Assembly (NCBI GenBank): GCA_046563655.1
Contig: CM102290.1
Coordinates: forward strand, 8,370,001-8,434,000
Length of the DNA stretch: 64,000 nt
Reading direction: 5' to 3'
Source: Yuukianura sp. NJ FZ-2021
Taxonomy: Eukaryota
The notes beneath the pieces were generated by a model, which saw only the letters and a program-made list of their open reading frames with translations, was not told where the DNA came from and ran no database searches. The translations under genes were made by a program, and so were the position numbers. Positions 53,764 through 64,000 of this stretch are shown here, piece by piece; position 1 is the stretch's first letter, and each line of letters begins with the position of its first letter.

Positions 53764-54018
53764 TTTTCAAAAAAATATCAACACAGAGAAACTTCTGCTC
53801 TATGCTCAAAGTTAAAAAAAAAGCAGCATAAAAAGTTACTTATCTCTTTTTTTTAGTTTTATATTTTATTTTTTAACTTATTTTATTATTTTATTTTTTA
53901 GACGTTTTTACTTTAACGAAATCACAGACTTAATTTTTTTTTAGTTATATTTGTGCTGTGTTCTGTTAGCACGTTAATTGCCTAATCAGGAGACCTAGGA
54001 TTAGGATCGTCTGACATC

Positions 54019-54712
54019 GGGTGGATTGGGGCAAGTTCCAAGCAGTGAAAATTTTCTAAGTTTTTTGGTCAAAATTTTCGAAAAATTTTTTTTTCGTTAT
54101 TTTCACGTTTTATGATGTTTCAAACGTTTTTAGAACGTTTGGAGCAAAAAAAAATTTTTGACCCCAAGGGTCCCCCCTTCCCATTTTTTTCAAAATTTTG
54201 AGTCGAAAATTTTCTAAGTCCCGAAGGTCAAGTGGGCACCTCTGACAACCTAAAAAATGACCCCTACGAAAGTTGTTCATAATCATGAGAGGAATATTTT
54301 TTGTCCTATGGACTATGCCCCTACGGTCACTCGTTGAGGTCAGAGGTCAACCCAAAGAAAAATTGTGGGAAATGTTTGAGCTGACCTCTGACCTCAACGA
54401 GTGACCGTAGGGGCATAGTCCATAGGACAAAAAATATTCCTCTCATGATTCTGAACAACTTTCATAGGGGTCATTTTTTAGGTTGTCAGAGGTGCCCACT
54501 TGACCTTCGGGACTTAGAAAATTTTCGACTCAAAATTTTGAAAAAAATGGGAAGGGGGGACCCTTGGGGTCAAAAATTTTTTTTTGCTCCAAACGTCCCA
54601 AAAACGTTTGAAACATCATAAAACGTGAAAATAAAGAAAAAAAAATTTTTCGAAAATTTTGACCAAAAAACTTAGAAAATTTTCAGTGCTTGGAACTTGC
54701 CCCAATCCACCC
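54019..54712. mobile_element. Foldback / Mutator-type non-autonomous element, almost entirely palindromic, 9-bp TSD
   Basis: TCTGACATC at 54010-54018 and 54713-54721 flanks GGGTGGATTGGGGCAAGTTCC ... GGAACTTGCCCCAATCCACCC. Arms of ~330 bp have only a few mismatches around a ~30-bp spacer. Confidence 0.93.
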
Positions 54713-55199
54713 TCTGACATCGTGTCAGTAGCTCCGATAGTTTTTACAGTAAGTAAAGGTTGACCTTGACTTGATTGACTTCTGACTTCGACTTACAATG
54801 GCTAACTGAGAGATAGTGAATGACTTAGATCTGTTCTTAGTTGTAATTTGTCGTGGCCATGGCCACTAGGAAGGTTTAGGTTATCGATGTCATACTGCAG
54901 GTTTGCGATCCCGCCTCCTTCCTCCACATCATAACAATAAACATTAGTAAATTCCAAACGGTCAAAGGCAATATGTGACGGCGACGCCTCGGCTGGCGGC
55001 TGGCATCCATCCTAAACATATTTAGCTTGACTAACCAAATTCTACTTTAGCTTGAACTTTGGCCTTGTCAATTCGGCTAGTACCGTTCGTGATAATCATT
55101 GGCTACTTAATTTTATGTTCATTTGTTTTGTTAATGTTGAATTAACCAATTTTGTATCTTTCCAGGGAATGTTTTAAACCCGTGACGATTCCTGCAGGA

Positions 55200-57519
55200 A
55201 TGAGTTGTTCCAGCTCTATCAGCCTATCCTTACGACCTCATCGTCCTCACGAACTGTCGCCAGTTGACAAGTAAGTTTTTACAGTCTGAAATTGGTTGAA
55301 CATGGACAATTTTGATTTGCTGAAAATTTGTTGTTGCATACGCAGGTCAACTATTGAAAGGTCTGTTCGGTTAGGCGAAAAGGTGCTACGGAAAATGGCA
55401 CAGACTGCGGCTATTACAATTGTTCCTACTATTTCGACTGATGACGGTGGCTCCACTATACCTATGAAATCGACGCCAATACTCAATTCCACTCCTGGAA
55501 TAACTAATCAAACTAATCAAGAAATTAAAATGAGTGAAGATGACTCTGGGATTTCTGGAGTTGGTCCAGAACGTTCTGGATCTGGATCGGGGTCAGGCTC
55601 GGAAGAAGACGATCAGCAATCATCCAATTCTAAACATTCCGAAGACGTTCCTGCCGATGGTGTTTGGGAGATTGAGCGAATTCTGGATTACGACAAAGGA
55701 ACTGATTTGTACAAAGTGAAGTGGAAGGATTGGCATGAAGGTACACAGCAACAACGTACTTGCTTTTTGTTGTTGATGTTATTCTGAAAACTTATTTTTC
55801 TTTCTAGATTTTAATACTTGGGAACCAGAAAATAACTTATTAAACTGTGAAGCAGAAATGCTGCGATTTTACCTTCAGCGGAAGGAAGAACGAAAGCGAA
55901 ATGAAGCTCAAAATAAGGTCGTCACACTTCGCAATCGGAAAAGACGACGACCAGGGCCAGTTCTCAAAGATGTGCCTCCAGATCCACGTCCACTTCAAAC
56001 GCGTGCTCAAGAATTTTATAAGCTTACTCAGGTGCCAAGTGTGGAAGAAATTGCTGTAAGTTTAGATTCCTTTGATACATTTCACATTCCACATTTATCA
56101 CCTCCTAGTCTCTGGTTTATTTGTATTTTAACTTTGCTTTTGATTTCTGATTTTAGCAATGTGAAATCCTGTGGAAGAGCTTTGCTGCGTCGGCTAAGAA
56201 GAATCCGTGGGTTTGGCCAATGAAACAACTGAATAAAGTTCTGGAAGACGGGCTTGACGGAAAATTGAACAGTGATGAGCAGAAGACTTTGAGGGAGCAG
56301 CTACTCGTTCAGCAGTTTGACACTCGACGTCAAACTGTAACTAAACAACTAAAGGTAAGTTTCTCCCTTCAGCTTTGGTACAACTTTATGTGCAGCAAAC
56401 ATTACAAATTGAGTTACTGACGGTGACGACTAATTTTTGTTGTACTTTTAGGAGTGGGAGAGAGACATCAACTCGACTACTAATGGAATGCCAGTAGTTT
56501 CTGTTGAAAATGAAGTAGATCTGGCTGGTCCACCACCAGGTTTTAAGTATACAAATGACTATGTTCCTGGTCCAGGAATCAAAATTCCGGATGAACCGCC
56601 GCTGGGATGTTCTTGTACAAATTGTATTCAAACCAAAATGGATTGTTGTGCTCACCAATCAAATTCACAGTTTGCTTATTCACAGCACAAAAGGTAAAAC
56701 CCACTAGTAATGGAATGCTGTGATTTGAAAATTTTGAAAAAGTTTTTTTTTTTGAAAATGGGATGTTTTGCAGACTCAGAGTTCCAATTGGAACGCCCAT
56801 TTACGAGTGTAACAAAACTTGCAAGTGTGGATCCGAATGCTCAAATCGAGTCGTTCAAGACGGAAGGACTTGTTTGAGCGACAGACACTACACTATTTAT
56901 CGTACGTCCAACGGTTGTGGATGGGGAGTAAAGACGCGAAGAGTAAGAAGACATTCAACAATGATTATAAAAAGTGTTAGGAATCTCTAAAACACTTATT
57001 TTTTAAAAACTTTTTCTGGGTATTTCAGTTTATCAAGAGAGGAACTTTTGTTAGTTTGTACGTCGGTGAAGTGATTACAACTGATGAATCGGATCGTCGT
57101 GCCAAAGAATACGACGCTGAAGGGTGTACGTACCTGTTTGACTTAGATTTTAATGACGAAGAGGCCTTTCCTTATGCCGTTGACGCTGCCAAGTATGGCA
57201 ACCTTACGCACTTTATAAATCATTCCTGTGATCCAAATTTGGCCGTTTTTGCTGTTTGGGTGGACTGCTTAGACCCCAACCTACCAAAGTTGGCCCTCTT
57301 TTCCATCAAGGACATTTGTCGAGTAAGAAATTAACAATTACTGGCTAATTGAGTTGTAAATTATAATTTTTTGAATTGTTTTAGGGTGAACAACTAACAT
57401 TTGACTACATGAATCGGATTACAAATACACCAGGATCCCCCAGAGCAAGTGATGAGACGAAACAAATGAAACCGTGCCTCTGTGAATCGGAAAACTGTCG
57501 AAAATATTTGTTTACATAA
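55200..57519 (+). CDS. Su(var)3-9: Histone H3K9 methyltransferase Su(var)3-9 / SUV39H
   Basis: Chromodomain WEIERILDY...YKVKWKDWHE|DFNTWEPENNL; pre-SET GCSCTNC...CC and IYECNKTCKC...CSNRVVQ; SET GWGVKT, YVGEVIT, YLFDLD, HFINHSCDPN; post-SET CLCESENCRKYL. The upstream ATG at 55200 splices in frame; alternative start at 55395. Confidence 0.95.
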
Positions 57520-58706
57520 CGTCCTCAGTAATAATTATTACTTTAAATGCATGTTTAATATTATGTGCTAATTCGTTATCTTTATAACCTCACTTGGTAA
57601 TTGACAATTATTTAAATTAACTACGAAGACCGAACACTACCTATGGCCACAAGCATCATCGCAAAGCCGTACAATAATAAAATGTGCTTGCAAATACAGG
57701 GCTTTTTTTTAGAGTTTTCCTCGTAGATTGAAAACTGGATAACTCATACCGTGTTCTGGATTCAGTCATTCAAATATCAATATTTATCAAAACAAAACAC
57801 TTCAAATGTGTGTTCTCTTGTACAACATTTGTTTTTGTTTATATCGCATCGTTAAGTTAGGGATCCCAATGTTGTCCTATACAAATACACGCGTTTAGTA
57901 GGACGCGGGAACCGTTCGTTGGTCTCGTAGGAGTCACACCCACGGCTCACTTAGACACTTGCACGCTATTTACAGAATTAAACTTAACAAAGTTTAAAGA
58001 AAAATTCCCGTACGCTATATGGTAAGAATATACGTAATTTGCCTAACGTTATGGTATAATGTACAAGATGAATTAATTGCGGTTTTGGTAATTAAAACAA
58101 GGTTTTATTATAAAATTATCTTTTTTTGAGAAATCGTAAAATATTAGAATTCACGATTCACGTATACAATTTCCTAACTAAATAGCACATACTAGAACTG
58201 GGTTGTTACTTCGGGTTTGCACGGTTCATAAGTTAGGTTAAGTTAATTGTGGGAAAATATATACATACATTTGAAATTATGACAAACGCTTAAGTTAGTT
58301 ACAGGAAAATTAATAAAATCAAATTATGGAAACACACTATTTAATATTGGCTAAATAATATCGGCATAATGCTGTTCGATTGAAGAAGTTTCAGTAAGCT
58401 AAATAACCTTGGATTTGCGTTTAGCTGATGGGAGCAGTTAAAGCTGACTGATTTTCATTACGCTGTGTGCAGTTGTCTAAGTAAAACAGCTGTGTTGTGG
58501 CTCTCAGTTTGAGTGGGTAAAGAGATAAGGTGGTAACGTTAGCCCGATATGGAATTTGGCACTACCAGTGCCATGTCATGTTCGTGTTGTTGGTGTTTAG
58601 GAAGTGTTACATAGACTATACGGTAATATATCCAACGATTTGAGTGTTTCCGTCCATGAGCGTGAGGTCTACTCGAGTCTGAACCAACAACAAGCTCTTA
58701 GGACAG

Positions 58707-59116
58707 ATGATGACGAGCAAATCCGTCCCCCCTTCGGAAATCGTCTCGGTAGGTATGGTTGCCAGGCTGTATGAAATCATTGGAAGTCCAACCCTCTATT
58801 CCAACGGCTCCACAAGTAGAGGTATACAAAGTAACGGATTAATGAAATTAACTAATTGGAATCCACAGTATTTTGAAGTAAGTTGGTATGAGAGAATCGG
58901 ATCACGTTGGCTTCCTTGATAAAATGGATGTTAATTACTTCTTTGTCTGTTGTTGATTTGCAGGTGAATTGTACAGAGATGGTGTTAAGAATGGGTGGAG
59001 ACTCGGGATATAACTGGAGCTCAAGATGGAGACAAGGAGCCAAGGAAGCCCAAAAAAGAATCAGCAGAAACGCTCCTGTACTGGCAGAGTCGTTGTGCTG
59101 GGCTGAATTGAATTGA
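58707..59116 (+). other. Possible small spliced ORF (107 aa) or non-coding/pseudogenic exons
   Basis: 58707-58877 plus 58964-59116 join in frame across GAA|gtaagt...ttgcag|GTG; no family recognised. Confidence 0.25.
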
Positions 59117-60008
59117 GTCAGTCGTTCCTTACCAACGGTGGAGCCTATACAGCTAGAAACTACGCTCCTACCTCTCCTAGAAAAAGGAACTTTTGGTCGT
59201 TTCAATTACTAGTTGATAAAGTGGGCGGGCGAGTGACCACCGAAGACCAGTATGCCGCTGTCGGTCGTCAAAGACGCACTGATATCATGGTCACTCCCGA
59301 GTCGTCGTCAGTGATCCCCGTGTGTCTGTTCAGAATGTTCAGCTTGAATATGTCCTTTAGTAAGTTGTTAAAACCCTAATCGTCATGATCATTGAACCTA
59401 AACATTGGAAATACTCCGATTGTTCCAAGTGACTAACTTATTCTTCCGTGTCTTCTCGTATTTCCAGTGTTGTCTCAACTTTTCCCGTGTTTACACCTAA
59501 TCGTAAAGTGGTTAACATCAAGTTAATTGGAACTAGTTGACCAGTCACAAACAGCAGTTACCTCAAGACTCTTATAGCCAGTGAACAAAAAAAGGAAACG
59601 TAAGCAAAGCAACCAGTGTCATTCCGTTACCAAATCAGTTCTTCTTCACCTTGTGTTGGTTGTGGTAATTGATCAAAAACGTTACGTCGTAATATTTAAA
59701 CCCGTTACCAAAATTATCCCAATTTAGTACAAAATTTTGAATTTTTTTTTGAAGAAACCAATCCCAAACGGTTCGTGTTCGTGTTGTCAAAGAATTGTTC
59801 ACTCGTGGTGGCACTTGTGTCGGGGGGAGTTAGTAGATTTGTCAATTCTATGCACAAGTTGTTAAAAATTTGTCACAAAACCTTTAAATCATAACAATTA
59901 AGTTGTAAAAAAGTAATTAATTAAGATGATTCGTCATCATCGCCCTCAGCCGTTAACCCCGGGGTGGTGTGGACAGCAGGACATGGGGTCTTGAACGTTC
60001 TGCCTTCA

Positions 60009-63000
60009 ATGGACGGTGAGACAATCCACACATCAGCCCCTCTGACCTCTGACCTTTGCTCACTAACATTTTTTGTTTTGCTTTTTTTTTAAAGTGACAC
60101 AGAAAGAACAAAACAGTTTCATTTCCTTCTTCAAATTCATAAAGTTTTCAAAGCTTTATCTAAAATTGTTAATGTAAAACATGTCATATCAGTCGCGTAA
60201 ATGTAAAAGTCCATCATCAGCGTTTTTTTTTATTGTAAGTGTAGAAACGCTTCCAGATTTTTGAACGCCTCGAATTTTGTCTGCGCAGCGCTTATTTTTG
60301 GTAATCAATCGCTTCTAGAAGCTTGGAATATACAAACGTAACAATACGTCAATGTCAATTTAGTTATAACGTTGGTGGAAATGAAATATTCGGTCAGTAA
60401 GCGATTAGTAATCGAAGAGGCTTAAAGTTTGGTTTTGAACGCTTAAGCGATTTTTTGTTTACTCAGCGCTTAAACTGAAAACAATGCAGCCATTTACACT
60501 GGACTTGGACACTTAACGGTTTGTTTAAAAAAATCATTGCTCAACACTTTTGTGAAGTTCATTCTTAACACTACCCAAATTTACTTAACATTGAAGTTAT
60601 TGTTCTGAACAATGATTTTTATGTCCAAAGACGATAAATTTAATAGTACACTTTATTTGATTTTTATAGTACTTCCGTATTTATACAATAGGAAATGAAA
60701 CTTTATAACAAAAGTTAAACTCTGTGTCTAAAAATTATTTTAGACGTTAATTTTTTTTCTTCTTTACTTTGGTTCAGATTGGCTTGTTGCGTGGTTGTCT
60801 CTGTTCTTTCTTTTTTCGTTTTGTTCTAAAGTAGAGACTCCGAAATTTTGAAAATTTTGTTGAAATTTCATAATTTGTAAAAAATCTAAAAATGTCAACA
60901 ATGTTTTGTTTCTTTATAAACTTTTTAGAAGTTCAAAGCTGGTGGGAAGTGCCTTGCATTGCTCATTTTTGTTCACTCTTTCGTACATCATTTGACCTTC
61001 CAGATTTTGACATTGAGGTAAGTAAAAACAACATAATAATTTTTAAATTTTTGTGTTTCAGTTGGTTTTTGAACAGCAAGTTCCATTTCAATTGGGATTG
61101 TGCTGTCTATGACGCTTGAAAATGTGATTAGTAATCATTAGATTGTGATTACTAATCATTATTCGAAAGCACATCTTCATAACTCTGCTCTTCAAAATCA
61201 GGTTTAGTTGAGTTTCATCAATGGAACATGAAATATGGTGCATTTTGTTCCGAAATTTTTAAAGTTTCGTTTTTTGAAGTTTTTTTGAAAACATTTACAA
61301 GAGTAGTCCAACTTTTTTTAAGGAACAGAAACAGCGACAATGGTTCTTCCTTAATCTGTTATCGTGCGTAGCATGTCAGATTGTTAAAGTAAACACAAAA
61401 CAATTGATAGCATACAACAGACCAGCCAGAGGACAAGTTTTGGACGCTGAAAGTAATTGCTGACTTCATCTCTTTTCAAAAAAAATTTATGGGTAGCAGA
61501 ATAATGTTAACGTTAACGTAGTTAAGTTTATGGCTCTTCTGGAAGATTTGAGTTGAAAATGGGCAACTGATTTTTATTTGTGCGACGAAGTTAAACAAAA
61601 TTGGGCGAAAGAAGATAATTTTTGTGCAAATTTGCAATTTTTCCTGGTTTCTGGAATCTGGGTTAGGGACCGCATTGCGTATCTTGTGTTTGTGTCATGA
61701 GAGACAGAGATCGCGTGAATATCCATAAAGTACTAACCTTACTAAAATTTGTTTAGAAATTGATAAACAAAAAAATTTTCTGGACGGATGTCCGAATTTA
61801 AACAAAAAAAAATCTAAGTAGTGATTACCGCATGCTGGACACAAAGTCTACCAACTTTTTGTTGTTGCGTTCGCGTCGAGATTGATTTCGGGGTTTCAAG
61901 AATTTTGGTTCGTTTTAAACCGCTTTTGGAATACTACTTGCTCTGGACCTCATTTGATATTTGATTGTTTTAGTTTTATTAATTTATGTATTGCCTGAAT
62001 TTATTTATATATTTGTATTTTTGTTTAGGAATTGGAAGAAGCTCTTCTGACAGACTCAGTGGAAGAAGTAGGAAGTGGACTGCTGCAGGATCTCATTGTT
62101 CGTCTCCTCAAAGGTTCATTTAATGTCCAGCAAGATGAAATCACTACGTCCAACTATGAAATGTTTCTTCGTCGCCTCTTCCGCGCCAAGTGTGAAGTAA
62201 GGCATTAATTGAAAAGTTATTTAATTTAATTGATGAGTTAGCTAACCTAAAATATAAGTCAAACATGATAAGATAAATTATTTGTTGTAGGTTGACGTAA
62301 CAAGAAAGAATCCATTTGATAGCGACGTCGCCTTCTTCTCGCTTCCGCTTCGAACAAAAGTTGAAATTTTGAATGACCTTTGTGACTATCGACTCGATGC
62401 GGATGATATTACAGAGCTTTTGAAAGTACGTTTTCAATAATTAAATTCTCAGAAGTTTAAAAATTTGTTGAAACAGGCTATTTTTTTTGGTTTAATAGTC
62501 TATTGAAGCAGAATCTTTACGTGTGGAACCCCTCGGGCAAGACTCTGGTGGGAGCACTTACTGGTACTTTTATGGTACTCGACTTTATCGCGAAGACTAT
62601 CATACAATTCACAAAGTAAGTAATGAAAGACACTGAATTTTTTAAAGTTAAATTTTTTGATAACATATCGAGTTCATTCAAAAACAGTTTTTTGAGTTAA
62701 TGCGGTTGTTCTTTATTGGGAAACGTTTTTAGAGTCCCCCAAAGAAACGCGGACGGAAAGTTGAAGAGCGAACAGTCTCCAAGTGGCAAGTCGTTTGCTT
62801 CACTGAAGAGGACTGGCATCTCCTTACCTCCAAATTTCAAAACTGTAAACACAAAGACGAACGCAACTTGTACACAACTCTACGGGAAGACTTTTTACCC
62901 GAACTTTCTCGGTTGTTTGCCGAAAAGGAGCGCGTTATGCGCAAAAGAATGATGGACAAACAACTTCGACGATCTCGAAAGGAATCTCCGCCTCCAACGG

Positions 63001-64000
63001 CTCACACACTTTCTTCAGAAGATGACGAGGCCCTTAGAAAGCAGCGAATAGAACAGGAAGAAGCTGATAGAAAGTTGGCAGAGGAAATTCAGCGACTTGA
63101 GCGAACTACTGGACGGGACTTGAGAGAACGTCGTGGTGGGAATCGGTCGCTGTCGTCTCCTCTGTCTGTCAGTTCGCCCAAACCAGTGTCACAACAAAAG
63201 CGAAGGAAAGAAGACGGATCAGGTGGAAGTGGACGGATGACGAACAATTCCATGTCGGCTCTCCTTGGACGGAAAGGACGAGATGATGATGATGAGGACG
63301 ACGACGATGCGGATGACGTGGACAGTGATGGTAGCGATGTTAAAGTCCAGCAAAAGAAGGTGCCTAAGAAGGTTGTCAAGGAGAAGAAAGGTCAAGTGAC
63401 TTCTAAAACTGGCAGTTCAAAAACGAAAGTCAAGAGTTCCATAGTGTAAGTTCATTTTTTGAATTATGAATTTGGAACAAAAAATAATAATAAAAATGGA
63501 TGATTTTTTTTTTGCAGATTTTCGGCGACGGAAGAAGACATTCAAATTGGAATGCACAAAGTCATTGAGTATGTCAAAGGTCATCGAGATGCTTGGCCAT
63601 TTATTGGTCCAGTTGATGAAGACTACGCACCCAATTACTACAAAGTAATCAAACAACCAATGGATCTACAAACAATTGAAGACAAATTGGATAATCACGA
63701 ATATGTAACACTGGATCAGTTCAGAAGTGATTTCCAACTTGTTGTTCTCAACTGTCACAAGTACAATGGAGATTCGTCAGGTAAAAGAAAACCGTCAAAA
63801 ACAATTCTTTACGCATTATGATCAAAGTTTCAAAGTCAAAGTTTTGGTATGCGCCGTTTTGGAAATGACTTTGAATATTGAATTTTAGTTTTATGATTTT
63901 TTTTTCTTCTTGTGTTTTCCAGAGTATACAGAAATGGTGGATAATTTAGAGAAAGCTTTCCACAAGTCAATCACGCGATTCATACTACCTGATGAATCTG
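60009..64000 (+). CDS. CECR2: CECR2/dikar bromodomain chromatin-remodelling subunit, 5' part
   Basis: Tentative start exon ATG GAC G at 60009-60015, then [84 protein letters not shown]; bromodomain [27 protein letters not shown]...NCHKYNG. Continues past the window end. Confidence 0.9.

Noticed and set aside
59113..59379. Integrase-like NGGAYT motif
   Set aside because: Isolated short resemblance with no other DDE residues, LTRs or pol domains.

Overview
This is gene-dense, AT-rich eukaryotic (animal, most likely arthropod) DNA with many short GT-AG introns; no prokaryotic, CRISPR, rRNA or tRNA features were found. Spliced genes recognisable by hand are: Lim1/Lhx1-5 (5' part, -), an orphan ~197-aa membrane protein (-), an intronless 8-finger C2H2 protein (+), PAXIP1/PTIP (-), SGSM RUN+TBC (-), VPS53 (-), eIF4H (+), a divergent MYBBP1A/Pol5-like gene (+), PDS5 (-), an orphan secreted Pro/Val/Gln/Tyr-rich protein (+), a stand-alone Su(var)3-9/SUV39H (+) and the 5' part of CECR2/dikar (+). 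Introns and spacers carry non-autonomous DNA transposons with several different target-site signatures (TTAA, TA, 9 bp), a palindromic satellite and minisatellites. Best leads: a GC-AG intron of eIF4H filled with predicted RNA hairpins, a 694-bp foldback element in front of Su(var)3-9, strongly over-represented AGGTCA-N-AGGTCA (DR1) motifs, and a possibly degenerate phosphopeptide pocket in the PTIP BRCT pair. Exon boundaries and RNA folds were read by eye and not computed.
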